In this document: positions 37,634-48,095 of the stretch, one piece after another
Layout of the letters: every line of letters starts with the position of its first letter
Position numbering within the stretch: the stretch's first letter is position 1
Assembly (NCBI GenBank): GCA_964439805.1
Contig: CAYTOI010000001.1
Coordinates: forward strand, 67,573 to 131,572
From: an uncultured Pseudomonadales bacterium
GTDB lineage: Bacteria > Patescibacteriota > Microgenomatia > UBA1400 > MFAQ01
DNA: 64,000 bases
Direction of reading: 5' to 3'
The notes under the pieces: generated by a model
What the model was told of the DNA's origin: nothing
The model's input: only the letters and a program-made list of their open reading frames with translations
Databases searched by the model: none
Position numbers and translations under genes: made by a program

Positions 37634-40240
37634 ATGTCCGACCAAAGCCTAAATATATTTTCCCTGGAAACAGCAAAGAGTTTGCTGGCAGGCAAAGTAG
37701 ATCTTCAAGTTCTCAAACCAGCAGAAATATCGTTTATTTCCAAAGCCCACAACCTTTTCTTAAATTATTTTTCAGCTATCCATCCTAGTGCCACAATCGA
37801 TCCTCTTTATGAAGACTTTAATTATTTTGTAGAACATAGAGATCTCGGAGAAATACAGGCAATAATTAATTTTTTATCCAGACCTCAAGAAGGAGAAAAA
37901 CAAGAACAAACAAGAGAAGTAAAAAAAGAAGATATTTCTATTCCTGTAGAACTAGAGGCAATGGTTGCCATGTACAAGCAGCACCAAGCTGACCTTGTAG
38001 ACAACGAAAGACCAAACTCCCTAGCTGAAAATATCAAAAGGGCTCAAAAAACCATCAACGAAAGAAGAAAATACGATCTTATTTATGAAAACGCGAGCAA
38101 AGAAAGGCAAAAGGAATTAGATAGACAGAAGGAAATATCTGATCGACTCTACTCTCAAATAGTAAATCCCAAAAAATCAAGATCAGAATTAACTCAAAAT
38201 ACTCGCAACCTTGCATCCTTTCTCGTTCTTTCTCAAAGTGAAAATAAATTAAACCAATCACAATACGACGAAGCTGTTAAACAAATAGTCAATATTGCTG
38301 AGACTGGTGGTCTGGATGTAACAGATGAAAAATCACTTTATGACATTAGTTATTCCATAGTAAATAGCTTCACCAATGAAAATAAAGAATTAGAGGAATT
38401 AAATGTATTAGTCCAAAAACAACTAAAGGCAGAAGCATTAGGGTTAGACACTGATGAGTACAACAAAAAAATAGACTCTTTAGCTGAGTTTGTAGAAGAT
38501 AAAGAGAACAAAAAAGACAAAAAAGATGATAAATCAAATAGAGACATATTTTCAGAAAAATTATCAGTCAAAAAGACAAACCAAGACAAATCTATACCCG
38601 ACCCAGATGTACTCATAGGAGAATCGCAAAAAGAGATTAATAATATCACTCAAAAACTAAGTAAAAGATTCCCAAGTGCCAAAAACCCATACCAAGAAAC
38701 TGACTTTTTAGCTCAAAATGCCAAAGCAATCGAAAAGGCCATATTAGCCACTGACAGAACTGCCCTTAGCCCTATTCCTGTAGGCTTAGGTGCCAGAACA
38801 TCAGCCACGCTCAAAGAAACTGGAAGTAATGCTCTCAACCCTGTAGTTGTTGACTTGTACAGTAGAGGGTTAACTCCAGAAAAATACAAAAAACTAACAG
38901 AAGACAAAAACTCACCTTTTAATCAATTACTTAACAAACAACCTGAATTAAGAAAAAGAATCGAAAATGGGATAAGGGTTGTCAGTAATTCGCCAGACGG
39001 AAAAACTATTGCAGAACAATTAAAACCAGTTTCTAGGTTAGAGTCTTACCTCCCTACTAGTATCCAAAAGGCTCTTCACCCAGTAAAAACTATAGAGGCA
39101 GCAGTAAACAAACGTATTGGTGAATATGGAGGAAAGGTGTTGAACAAAACGTTCGGAAAAGCTCTTGGAGGAAAACTAGAGAAATACATCCTCAAAGACG
39201 GAATTCAAGTAGGTGCCAAAAAATTAATAGATAAGGCTGCTGTAAAAGTAATCACTGCTGGAGCTGAAAAAATTGGTTTAAAAGTAGTCGGAACCGCAGC
39301 CACCAAAACTGCTCTTGCCGCCGCTGCAACGGCATTGGGTATATCCACTGCAGGTTTGAGTTTAATTCTGACAGCTGCTTGGTTTGTTGTTTCAGAAGGG
39401 TTTAAAAAAATTAAATCTGTCTTTCAAGATACTTTTGGTGTCACCGATAAAGACATCAAAGATTTTGCAGTTGGCGCAGGTATAGGTTTGGTCGGAATGT
39501 ATTATGGAGCCAGAACTGGTGTAAAAGTATTTGCCGTCGCCACCAAAGCAGCTGTCATTTCCGCCGCCGGCATTATCTGGCTTTCCATAGCCACTGTTGC
39601 AGTTTTCTTAACTCTCACTTTCCTCGTTGCTCCCATTCTCTCTACCTTAGTACAGTTCGATTCTGTCGAGAAAGTCCAGTACGGAACAGTTGCAGAAGAT
39701 CAAACAGCCAGCTGCAAAGGTAAGGAATTAAAAAACGATAAGAAAAAATGTAATGGAAAGTATTGTTTTCCTGTTGGAGATACCGGTACCGTTTCATACC
39801 TCACTTACCATCATGACTACCCAGCTAATGACATTATGCGCATCGGAGACAAGCCAGGAAACAGTGATGACGTTCCACTCCCCTTACTAGCATACACAAG
39901 CGGTTACGTTTTGAATGCAACCGAAGACCCTGTGGGAGGATTAAGTATTTTAATTGCAGGTGATGATGGTAGATTTTACTATTACGCTCACAACATGTGT
40001 AACACAATAAAATCTGGAAACAGAGTAGAGGCGGGAACTATCATTGGGGGTATGGATACTTCAGGTAATGCAAATGGATACTTGGAACATCTACACTTTC
40101 ATATAAGTACAAAACCCGACATGAGAACTATCCCAGAAAACTACCCAAACTTTATTTGGCCATACGAAGATTTTTGTAACAAAGTTAATATTTGTGGATC
40201 TCTTAACCCAGAGGTTTACCCTGAACTACCATACCTATGA
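37634..40240 (+). CDS. Coiled-coil/TM protein with C-terminal M23 peptidase
   Basis: HHDYPAND, YYYAH, GN.....HLHF; Ala/Gly-rich hydrophobic middle. Confidence 0.8.
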   Translation: MSDQSLNIFSLETAKSLLAGKVDLQVLKPAEISFISKAHNLFLNYFSAIHPSATIDPLYEDFNYFVEHRDLGEIQAIINFLSRPQEGEKQEQTREVKKEDISIPVELEAMVAMYKQHQADLVDNERPNSLAENIKRAQKTINERRKYDLIYENASKERQKELDRQKEISDRLYSQIVNPKKSRSELTQNTRNLASFLVLSQSENKLNQSQYDEAVKQIVNIAETGGLDVTDEKSLYDISYSIVNSFTNENKELEELNVLVQKQLKAEALGLDTDEYNKKIDSLAEFVEDKENKKDKKDDKSNRDIFSEKLSVKKTNQDKSIPDPDVLIGESQKEINNITQKLSKRFPSAKNPYQETDFLAQNAKAIEKAILATDRTALSPIPVGLGARTSATLKETGSNALNPVVVDLYSRGLTPEKYKKLTEDKNSPFNQLLNKQPELRKRIENGIRVVSNSPDGKTIAEQLKPVSRLESYLPTSIQKALHPVKTIEAAVNKRIGEYGGKVLNKTFGKALGGKLEKYILKDGIQVGAKKLIDKAAVKVITAGAEKIGLKVVGTAATKTALAAAATALGISTAGLSLILTAAWFVVSEGFKKIKSVFQDTFGVTDKDIKDFAVGAGIGLVGMYYGARTGVKVFAVATKAAVISAAGIIWLSIATVAVFLTLTFLVAPILSTLVQFDSVEKVQYGTVAEDQTASCKGKELKNDKKKCNGKYCFPVGDTGTVSYLTYHHDYPANDIMRIGDKPGNSDDVPLPLLAYTSGYVLNATEDPVGGLSILIAGDDGRFYYYAHNMCNTIKSGNRVEAGTIIGGMDTSGNANGYLEHLHFHISTKPDMRTIPENYPNFIWPYEDFCNKVNICGSLNPEVYPELPYL

Positions 40241-41292
40241 TATTCAAAAAAATAAATAGTAAATATTTCTACATTGGTTCAACGATTCTAATGTTAATTA
40301 TCATTTTTATTTTTAGTACAAAAAATAAAATAATCACAACAAAAAACAACAATACTGAGCCTATCATCCCCACCCAATCAATAAAGAGCTCAAAAGACAT
40401 TGCTTTGTCTGATGTAATACCTGCAGCAAACACCACTCCATTTAACCTAGGAAATTACTCTATAAAAAACAAAAAGCTTATTTTTACCCTACCAGAGGGA
40501 AATGGCTACGAAGTTGATACAAACAGTGAACCTGTATCTGATTTTAAAATCAATGGCAATTCTCTAATCATTACCACTGGTGAAGTTTATTCCACACCAA
40601 GCGCATACTATATTCACGACATCACCACTGCAAATACTTACAAAATGGAAATTAATAAAGTAAAACCAATTGTTGATATAACTGCATTTTCAGATATCAA
40701 AAATGTATATCTGCTGGGAAGCTATAAAAACAAAAACTACACTATGAGTTTGTATTCCAACGACCTGACTACTGGCAAAAACAGTTTAATACTCTCGAAC
40801 ATATCAAGAAATTATTTAAAATCTTTGGATAATGACAACCTAATTCTTGGAAAAGAAATCGACAAATCAGAACCTAATTTTTATTTTGATGTTTATGATG
40901 CCAAAAACACAAAATATCTCAAAAATAATGTTTTGACAGCAAAAAAAACTATATGTTCAAATAATGACTCAGTTTTCTATTTAAATTACAAAGACAATAA
41001 AATAATCCGTTTTAACTACAAAAAGATAGAAGAAAACATCCTAGATATTAATATCGATTCAGGAACACCTCTTACACTTTGCGACGACAATAGACTTACC
41101 ATATTGCAAACAAAAGAAAACAAAATAAAAATTCAAAACGTCTTCCTAAACAAACCTGATCAATCGAATAATAATGAATTCTCCCTAAAAGATAATCAAT
41201 TGTTTATTGAAGCTTTTTTAAACAACGGAACTCTGATATTTAAGTTCTACGACAAAACAGACAGATCTTATACTCTAGTAAAAGAAAACTAA
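40237..41292 (+). CDS. Membrane-anchored hypothetical protein, beta-rich
   Basis: N-terminal TM; N/K/I-rich; ATGA overlap with the upstream gene. Confidence 0.7.
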   Translation: MIFKKINSKYFYIGSTILMLIIIFIFSTKNKIITTKNNNTEPIIPTQSIKSSKDIALSDVIPAANTTPFNLGNYSIKNKKLIFTLPEGNGYEVDTNSEPVSDFKINGNSLIITTGEVYSTPSAYYIHDITTANTYKMEINKVKPIVDITAFSDIKNVYLLGSYKNKNYTMSLYSNDLTTGKNSLILSNISRNYLKSLDNDNLILGKEIDKSEPNFYFDVYDAKNTKYLKNNVLTAKKTICSNNDSVFYLNYKDNKIIRFNYKKIEENILDINIDSGTPLTLCDDNRLTILQTKENKIKIQNVFLNKPDQSNNNEFSLKDNQLFIEAFLNNGTLIFKFYDKTDRSYTLVKEN

Positions 41293-42411
41293 TTAACTCT
41301 GAACCCGAATAGGCATAATCACCTGCAACCAGCTCATATTTTTATTATCCTTCAGTACACTGGGCTTAAGCTCTCCTTCCGTCTCCCATTCCACAAAGTC
41401 ACCCTCCACTACTGACAAGTAATCAATTAAATACTTAGCGTTAAACGCCATTAGAATTTTCTCTCCTTCCACTTCACTCTCAACTTTTGTCACATTACTC
41501 CCAATCTGACTATTCTCTGCTGAGACAGACACTGTTCCTTCTTCAATTTGAATTTTTATGACATTCGCGTTATCCCTAGCAAAAAGACTAGCTCTTTTAA
41601 CCGCCGATAACAATTCATCTTTGGGCACATTTACTTTTGTATTGTAGGTGTTCGGAATAATTTGCTGATAAGGAGGAAACTCACCTTCAAGCAATCGACT
41701 ACTAATCTCCAAACTTCCCAAAGAAAAAATAACTTGTCTTCCTTTGTCATCAAATTCAATACCAAAATCTATTGCTCCAAAATCCGAAACTGCCTTAGAA
41801 ACTTCTAACAAAGCCTTTGAAGGAATAATGTATTTTTTGTTCAACAAATTCTCCGAATTCTTCGTCTCTGGTACAACTCTCTCCATACTCAAGCGGAAGC
41901 CATCAGTGGCCACTAAGAGAGTCTCAGTCTCTTTGAATTCCCACAAAACCCCAGTAAGAATTGGTCTGGTATCTTCCTTCGCTGTCGAGACATTTACCTT
42001 TTCCATTTTCTTCTTAAAGTCAGAAGACTCAATTCTGATTACCGCCGCCTTCAATCTGGGAATTACTGGAAAGTCCTCCACACTCTGACAAACAAGTTCC
42101 GAGGTTACCCCTTTGGTCTTTACCACTAGTTTATTATCAATTGACTCCAGCTCAACCTTCTCTCCCACAAAACTTCCTACCAAATCCACAAAAAGTTTAG
42201 CTGGTACAACCAAGCTACCTTCACTCTCTACACTAGCTGGAATACTTACCCAAAAACTCATCTCCAGATCTGTCGACTCCACACTCACTTGAGAGTCTTT
42301 TACTCGAAGCAAAATTCCAGACAAAATAGGTAAGTGAGGTTTACTACTTATTCCTCTAAAAACTAAATTTAAACTACGCTTAAGATCGACCGACAACACA
42401 CTTATTTTCAT
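41293..42411 (-). CDS. dnaN: DNA polymerase III beta clamp
   Basis: PILSGIL, STDLE, ATDGFRL, FNAKYL.D, IMPIR. Confidence 0.97.
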   Translation of the reverse strand: MKISVLSVDLKRSLNLVFRGISSKPHLPILSGILLRVKDSQVSVESTDLEMSFWVSIPASVESEGSLVVPAKLFVDLVGSFVGEKVELESIDNKLVVKTKGVTSELVCQSVEDFPVIPRLKAAVIRIESSDFKKKMEKVNVSTAKEDTRPILTGVLWEFKETETLLVATDGFRLSMERVVPETKNSENLLNKKYIIPSKALLEVSKAVSDFGAIDFGIEFDDKGRQVIFSLGSLEISSRLLEGEFPPYQQIIPNTYNTKVNVPKDELLSAVKRASLFARDNANVIKIQIEEGTVSVSAENSQIGSNVTKVESEVEGEKILMAFNAKYLIDYLSVVEGDFVEWETEGELKPSVLKDNKNMSWLQVIMPIRVQS

Positions 42412-42737
42412 TTCTCAATTCTAGCATTCTCTCTGGCTAATATATTAATAATTTATTTAAAAAAATAGTATTAGTCATTAGTAAGCGGTGTGGATATGTT
42501 AATAGCTATGCTCAGCGTGTGCCCAAAAACGTTATGGATAACTTACTTTTTAGCCGCAGATCAATACTTTTAAGTATTTTGTCTAAAAACTACGCACAAA
42601 AAGTTGTTGAAAACCTAAACAAAAAGTGACTGCTAGTGTGAAGAACTTTGTGTACTTATCAACCGAGATAATTAAAATGCGAATACTTCTCCCCCGACTC
42701 ACAAGTTATCCACCTACGGTGAACAACTTTCTGATAA
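42412..42737. promoter_or_regulatory. dnaA-dnaN intergenic region with DnaA-box-like sites (candidate oriC)
   Basis: AT-rich tract about 42436..42480; TGTGGATAT 42489, TATGGATAA 42533, TTATCAACC 42656, TTATCCACC 42706. Confidence 0.6.
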
Positions 42738-44117
42738 CTATGTTAATAACGCTTGTTTTATTGCCATTACTTTGCGCCTTAGATCAACATTATTCTCATT
42801 TAATTCCATCTCAATTTTTTCCACTGCATGGATAACAGTTGTATGGTCTCTGCCTCCCATTATCTCCCCAATCTTTGCTTGTTGAAGTCCTAGTGTGTCT
42901 CTAAGAATGTACATGGCAATATGTCTTGCTGCTACTAGGTCAGCTTTTCTACTAGACCCAAGCAACTCCTTATTTTTAAAGTCAAAGTATTTTGCTACAG
43001 TAGAAATTACTTTTATTGGTCTTACTTTAATGGACTTAATAAGTTCGGCCGGTAATCCCATCTCTCTCTGAACAATTTCTTTGGACAGAGGCTTGTGGTC
43101 AGCTCCAGCCGCATTCATTAGTCGCATAAAGGTTCCCTCTAGTTCTCTTCCATTTGTTTCAAAACTATTTGCCATTAATTCAAAAGCAGTGTCTTCTACA
43201 GCCGCCCCCGTCTCCATCGCTTTTTGTTTTAAAATCGCCATTCTCATTTCGTAGTCAGGCAAACCAACGTCCACCATCATTCCTCCAAGAAATCTACTTC
43301 GAAGTCTATCCTCTAGCCCCACAATATCTTGAGGTTTTCTATCACTAGTCATCACTATCTGCGCTGACTTCCCTACTAGCTCATTAAAGGTGTGGAAAAA
43401 TTCTTCTTGAGTCGAATCTTTTCCTCCAAAGAACTGCACATCGTCAATAAGTAGTGCTCCCACGTGTCGATACTTCTTTTTGAAAGCTTCCGTCATCTTA
43501 GATCTAAAAGACGAGACCAAGTCGTTTGTGAACTGTTCACTGGTTATAAAAATTACCTTACCAACACCTTTCTTTACCAGTTCATGTCCCACACCATGCA
43601 TTAAGTGAGTTTTTCCAACCCCTACTCCCCCATATATAAATAGTGGGTTGTGTCTACTCCCAGGGAAATCTACTACTGACTTTGCGGCCGCAAAAGCCAG
43701 TCTGTTTGAACTTCCCACCATGTAAGAATCAAAGGTGTACTTGGGGTTTAAATTTGTCCCAAAGTCTCTCTCGGGGTTTGGGGTTCCAAAAAGTTCTAGT
43801 TTTGGCTCACTACTCTCATCTGTAAATTTGGGTTTTTTGTTCTCTACCACTGGAGCTTTATCGCTAACCACGAAAGCAATATCACACTTCTTGTGAGTAA
43901 TCTTCTCCGAAGCCTCTTTTATATTTAGGTAAAACCTCTCCTCTATTGTCCTCACATGATAAGCGGATGGGGTCGAAACCTCTATAAGTATTCGAGAATC
44001 ATCAATTAGGTTTACAGATTTAATGGAACAAGGTCGGATCCACGCGCTAAAATTAGGCCCATTCAGGGTCACTCCTAACTCGCCACAGATAGATTGCCAA
44101 AGTGATTCGCTGTCCAT
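42738..44117 (-). CDS. dnaA: Chromosomal replication initiator DnaA
   Basis: NPLFIYGGVGVGKTHL, LIDDVQF, QEEFFHTFN, GGRDHTTVIHA. Confidence 0.98.
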   Translation of the reverse strand: MDSESLWQSICGELGVTLNGPNFSAWIRPCSIKSVNLIDDSRILIEVSTPSAYHVRTIEERFYLNIKEASEKITHKKCDIAFVVSDKAPVVENKKPKFTDESSEPKLELFGTPNPERDFGTNLNPKYTFDSYMVGSSNRLAFAAAKSVVDFPGSRHNPLFIYGGVGVGKTHLMHGVGHELVKKGVGKVIFITSEQFTNDLVSSFRSKMTEAFKKKYRHVGALLIDDVQFFGGKDSTQEEFFHTFNELVGKSAQIVMTSDRKPQDIVGLEDRLRSRFLGGMMVDVGLPDYEMRMAILKQKAMETGAAVEDTAFELMANSFETNGRELEGTFMRLMNAAGADHKPLSKEIVQREMGLPAELIKSIKVRPIKVISTVAKYFDFKNKELLGSSRKADLVAARHIAMYILRDTLGLQQAKIGEIMGGRDHTTVIHAVEKIEMELNENNVDLRRKVMAIKQALLT

Positions 44118-44139
44118 AATCAAGTTCCATTCTCAATAC

Positions 44140-44148
44140 TTATCCACA
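44140..44148 (+). promoter_or_regulatory. Consensus DnaA box upstream of dnaA
   Basis: TTATCCACA. Confidence 0.8.
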
Positions 44149-44183
44149 TTATTACAACCCCCAAAATACCCAAAACCCCCATT

Positions 44184-44215
44184 TCTGAGATCTGATATCT
44201 GAGATCTGGGATCTA
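44184..44215 (+). repeat. 7-mer tandem micro-array
   Basis: tctgaga tctgata tctgaga tctggga tcta. Confidence 0.8.
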
Positions 44216-44230
44216 ATGTATAATTACGCC

Positions 44231-44371
44231 ATGCCAAAACGCGTATACCAACCAAAGAAAGTCAAAAGAATCAGAAAACATGGATTCCGTGCCAAAATGG
44301 CAACACATGCTGGTCAAAACGTTATCAAACGTCGCAGAGCCAAAGGTAGATCCAAATTAGCGGTTCAATAA
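44231..44371 (+). CDS. rpmH: 50S ribosomal protein L34 (absent from ORF track)
   Basis: Manual translation [46 protein letters not shown]. Confidence 0.96.
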   Translation: MPKRVYQPKKVKRIRKHGFRAKMATHAGQNVIKRRRAKGRSKLAVQ

Positions 44372-44372
44372 A

Positions 44373-44702
44373 GTGGCCCTTTCCCCCCAAAATAAGATCT
44401 CTCTAAAGCAATTCAGGGAGAAATTTTTTGAATCTGGAATATCTATTTATTCCCCACTCTTACAGGTGGTAATAATCAAAGAGTCTAGTGAATTTCCCCA
44501 ATTTGCCGTCAGTATCGGTAAAAAGGTAGCCAGTAAAGCACACGACCGAAACAAACTCAGAAGACAAATTCAACAGCTGGTACAAGAGAATCTCCCCTCC
44601 TTCCCTCCTTATAAATATCTATTTCTCCCAAAAAAAACTGCCGTTGATTCCTACTCCGAACTCTTAAACTCCTTCACACTACTCCTCTCAAAGTTAAAAT
44701 AA
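44373..44702 (+). CDS. rnpA: RNase P protein component
   Basis: SIGKKV..KAH.RNKLRR; follows rpmH. Confidence 0.9.
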   Translation: MALSPQNKISLKQFREKFFESGISIYSPLLQVVIIKESSEFPQFAVSIGKKVASKAHDRNKLRRQIQQLVQENLPSFPPYKYLFLPKKTAVDSYSELLNSFTLLLSKLK

Positions 44703-44704
44703 TT

Positions 44705-44935
44705 GTGTTCAACTTCTACCAAAAACACATCTCCCCTTTCTATCACTTGCTTGGAAAAGCTATCTTCGGAAATTCCTTTGGCTGTCGCTTTACTCCAACT
44801 TGCTCGGAGTTTTTCAAAGAAGCCTTGCAAAAACATGGTATTATTCTAGGTACCATTTTGGGAGTATTACGTTTCTTAAGATGTAACCCTCTGTTTAAAG
44901 GTGGTCACGACCCAGTACCTGATAAAATCATTTAA
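44705..44935 (+). CDS. yidD: Membrane protein insertion efficiency factor
   Basis: [13 protein letters not shown]...GG.DPVP. Confidence 0.93.
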   Translation: MFNFYQKHISPFYHLLGKAIFGNSFGCRFTPTCSEFFKEALQKHGIILGTILGVLRFLRCNPLFKGGHDPVPDKII

Positions 44936-44936
44936 T

Positions 44937-45668
44937 ATGTTGCAACCACTCATCAATGCTCTCTTTGTTGTTCTCTCCTTTTTTTATAAACTTTTTGGTG
45001 GAAATCTGGGTCTCTCAATCATCTCCGTCACCTTGCTAATAAAGCTTATTGTTCTTCCCCTCATGATCCCTTCCATGAAGTCAGCTAAGCTTATGCAACA
45101 GCTTAAGCCAGACTTGGATAAACTAAAAGACAAGCATACCGACAAAAAAGCTCTTCAAGAAGCTCAAATGGCCCTTTACAAAGAAAAAGGTGTCAACCCT
45201 ATGGCTGGTTGTCTCCCCCAGATCATCCAAATACTTATTCTTATTTCACTTTACAATGTCTTCATTAACTTCCTCAAGCAACCTTCTATTGGTGGCCTAG
45301 CCATGAATCCCTACTTCTTGTATCTCGATCTGACTAAGCCAGACAAGACCTACATTATGCCTATTCTGGCCGGTGTTACTCAGTTCATTTTCTCTCTCAT
45401 GCTCCAGGCTGGTACCGAAAGCCACGTGGAAAATCCAAAGAAAGCAGTGGAGAAGAAAAAAGAAGAGGATAACTTAGAAATGGCCCAAACAATGCAACAA
45501 CAAATGCTTTACATGATGCCTCTGATGTCTGTCGTTGTATCTTTGAACTTCCAATCTGGTCTAGTCCTCTACTGGGTAGTTTCCACTGTTTTTTCTATCG
45601 CTCAACAGTATTATTTCTCTGGTTGGGGTGGTATTACCACTTTTTATAATAAGTTAATTAAAAAATAA
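44937..45668 (+). CDS. yidC: YidC/Oxa1 membrane insertase
   Basis: LYKEKGVNPMAGCLP...Q, GL.LYW; canonical synteny. Confidence 0.92.
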   Translation: MLQPLINALFVVLSFFYKLFGGNLGLSIISVTLLIKLIVLPLMIPSMKSAKLMQQLKPDLDKLKDKHTDKKALQEAQMALYKEKGVNPMAGCLPQIIQILILISLYNVFINFLKQPSIGGLAMNPYFLYLDLTKPDKTYIMPILAGVTQFIFSLMLQAGTESHVENPKKAVEKKKEEDNLEMAQTMQQQMLYMMPLMSVVVSLNFQSGLVLYWVVSTVFSIAQQYYFSGWGGITTFYNKLIKK

Positions 45669-45675
45669 AAAACAT

Positions 45676-46134
45676 ATGGATCAATCCAAAGTAGTAGAAA
45701 TACTCACCAATATTCTCACCCAGCTATCCCTCACCGAAGACCAAATTAAGATTGTTTGTGAAGAAGGAGACAATATTAACGTTTCACTTACCCTTCCTAC
45801 TGACTCCGCTGGCATTTTTGTAGGACATCACGGTGAAGGTCTTACAGCTATTCGCATGATTTTTTCCCTTATCCTCTTCCAAAGGTTTAATCTTTGGCCA
45901 AAAATCCACCTAAACGTCAACGACTACCAAGAACGCCGCGAAGACGCTCTCCGAGAACTGGCCACTGGTGCTGCAGAAAGAGCGGTTTCTTTAGGCAAGG
46001 AAATCATTCTCCCCAATCTCAGTTCTTACGAAAGAAGAATTGTCCACATGCTACTTTCAGAAAACAACCAAGTAAAGACCGAATCACGTGGAATAGCTCC
46101 TTTCCGCCAAATGGTCATCATCCCCCTTTCGTAA
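45676..46134 (+). CDS. jag: Jag/KhpB-like KH-R3H RNA-binding protein
   Basis: G.FVG.HGE.L, NDY.ERRE, SYERRIVH. Confidence 0.85.
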   Translation: MDQSKVVEILTNILTQLSLTEDQIKIVCEEGDNINVSLTLPTDSAGIFVGHHGEGLTAIRMIFSLILFQRFNLWPKIHLNVNDYQERREDALRELATGAAERAVSLGKEIILPNLSSYERRIVHMLLSENNQVKTESRGIAPFRQMVIIPLS

Positions 46135-46149
46135 CTGTACAATAGTCTT

Positions 46150-47280
46150 GTGATTCAGGATCTGATTCTCAAGGCTATTGTTTTTTTTATTCCTACCCAA
46201 CTAGGACTGCATTTTTGGCCAGACTTCTCTCGTGTCATGGGGATTCGCCTGGACTATTTGTCCCCCACTTTGTATTTTGTGGATTGCTTAATTATTCCTT
46301 ATATATTCCTAAACCTACCTACTCTGGTTACTAAGATCAAAAAACTTAACAAGAAAAGATCTCTAATAGTCTCAATTCTCATTTTTATCAATATATACTT
46401 CTCACTCAATCCTCTAAATAGCTTATTTCAGTACCTAAGGTTAGCTGAGTATTTTCTTTTTTATCTAGTAATTTCAAGTATTCCCAAACTCTGGTCAAAA
46501 ATTAGAATCACGTTTGTTTCATCTCTGTATTTAGTTATATTTGTCCAATTTGCTCAACTACTCACTCAGCACTCCCTCGGTGGTCTATTCTACTATGCTG
46601 GAGAAAGAAGCTTTAGCTCTAGTACTCCAAACCTTCCTCTATTAACGGCTGGCAATCTGACAGTAATTAGAGTCATGTCTTTGTTTTCTCACCCAAACTC
46701 TTTAGCTGGGTTTTTACTGCTATCTTTTGTAATCTTGAATAAGTTCAAAGAAAATAATAGATCCAAAATCCTCACTTCCCTATCTGTCATTGCCACATTT
46801 TCAAAAGCAGCCTATCTGGCTCTCCTTGGACTAATTCTAAAAAAGAATCTAGGTTCCAAACTAATGATGGTCTTTGTCATGCTCTCGCTGGCTCAGCTAT
46901 CCATCCCCACCCTGAATCTGGGGTTTTATAGTCTTGACTCCAGAATCACTATGATTAATAACTTTCGAGCACTTGTCCAACAGTATTTAGTGATAGGTGC
47001 AGGGCTTGGTAATTACGTAGTAGCTTTGTCAAAAATCCTCCCCGGTTCACAGCTTACAGTAGCCACTATACAGCCAGTCCATAATCTGTTGCTCTTGTCA
47101 TTAGTGGAGCTTGGTTTGCCACTCACCTCCTTAACGGCTTGGGTAATATATAAAAAATTCTCCAAAAAATACTACCCTATCTTGTTAGTGGTACTTATCA
47201 CCGGTCTCTTTGATCATTACTGGTTTACCTTGCCCCAAAACAAACTCATCCTTGTCCTTGCTCTCGCCCTCCTCAATTAA
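46150..47280 (+). CDS. O-antigen ligase/Wzy_C family membrane protein
   Basis: HPNSLAG, TFSKAA, G.GLGNY, QPVHN..LL...E.G. Confidence 0.8.
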   Translation: MIQDLILKAIVFFIPTQLGLHFWPDFSRVMGIRLDYLSPTLYFVDCLIIPYIFLNLPTLVTKIKKLNKKRSLIVSILIFINIYFSLNPLNSLFQYLRLAEYFLFYLVISSIPKLWSKIRITFVSSLYLVIFVQFAQLLTQHSLGGLFYYAGERSFSSSTPNLPLLTAGNLTVIRVMSLFSHPNSLAGFLLLSFVILNKFKENNRSKILTSLSVIATFSKAAYLALLGLILKKNLGSKLMMVFVMLSLAQLSIPTLNLGFYSLDSRITMINNFRALVQQYLVIGAGLGNYVVALSKILPGSQLTVATIQPVHNLLLLSLVELGLPLTSLTAWVIYKKFSKKYYPILLVVLITGLFDHYWFTLPQNKLILVLALALLN

Positions 47281-47305
47281 TTGCAAATATACAAAAGAAT
47301 CATTA

Positions 47306-47340
47306 TCTTGAGTTCTTGAGTTTTTGAGTTCTTGAGTTTT
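47306..47340 (+). repeat. 8-mer tandem micro-array
   Basis: tcttgagt tcttgagt ttttgagt tcttgagt. Confidence 0.8.
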
Positions 47341-47359
47341 TATAATGTAAAATACTCTC

Positions 47360-47800
47360 ATGCAAACTTATGATTCTCTTCAGATAAATACAGACGGTGG
47401 TTCTCGCAACAATCCTGGCCCAGCAGCTATTGGTGTTTACGCTAGTTCAGAAGGAAAAGAAATCTTTACCATCTCCCATTACTTAGGGATAGCTACCAAT
47501 AACGAAGCCGAGTACCAAGGAGTTATTTACGCTTTAGAGTATCTCAAAAAAAATGAAGTATCATCCCCTTCACTAACTTTTGTCTTAGATTCAGAACTAA
47601 TAGTTAAGCAGATTACCGGAGTTTATAAAGTAAAACAAGAACATCTTCAGAAACTAAAAAACCAAGTCTTAAGTTTAATCGCCGAACTAACCCTAAGTAA
47701 ACAAATCAAAGATCTCAAGTTTGTGAATGTTCTTCGTGAAAAAAACAAAGAAGCAGACAAGCTCGTAAACCTCGCTCTCGACTCCCAATCCTCCAAATAA
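47360..47800 (+). CDS. rnhA: Ribonuclease HI
   Basis: TDGGSR.NPGPAA, TNNEAEY, DSEL...Q, REKN..AD. Confidence 0.92.
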   Translation: MQTYDSLQINTDGGSRNNPGPAAIGVYASSEGKEIFTISHYLGIATNNEAEYQGVIYALEYLKKNEVSSPSLTFVLDSELIVKQITGVYKVKQEHLQKLKNQVLSLIAELTLSKQIKDLKFVNVLREKNKEADKLVNLALDSQSSK

Positions 47801-47804
47801 ATTT

Positions 47805-47833
47805 TGTCATGCCGGACTAGATCCGACATCCAG
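47805..47833 (+). repeat. GTCAT(G/T)CCGG palindromic element
   Basis: tgtcatgccggactagatccgacatccag; related to 51570..51623. Confidence 0.7.
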
Positions 47834-47893
47834 TTCCTCAAACAAGACTGTATTGTTGCATCAACGGTAGAAGATATAAAAAGAAACTCAATA

Positions 47894-47928
47894 TCTTGAG
47901 TTCTAGAGTTCTTGATTCCTTGATTCCT
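47894..47928 (+). repeat. 8-mer tandem micro-array
   Basis: tcttgagt tctagagt tcttgatt ccttgatt. Confidence 0.8.
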
Positions 47929-48095
47929 AAAACAGAAAAAACAATTGTGGATATCATATATCGAGGCCATGCCTGAATTTTCATGTGTAGAAGGTTATAA
48001 CGAAAATAAAAAATATTAAGCGTGAAATAAAAAATAAATTATGGCTAAATTGTAAAAAAGAAATTGTAATAACAAAAATAAAGAAAATAAAATTA

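Noticed and set aside
42626-42835. 69 aa ORF between dnaN and dnaA
   Set aside because: It overlaps DnaA-box-like sites and the dnaA 3' end on the opposite strand; likely spurious.
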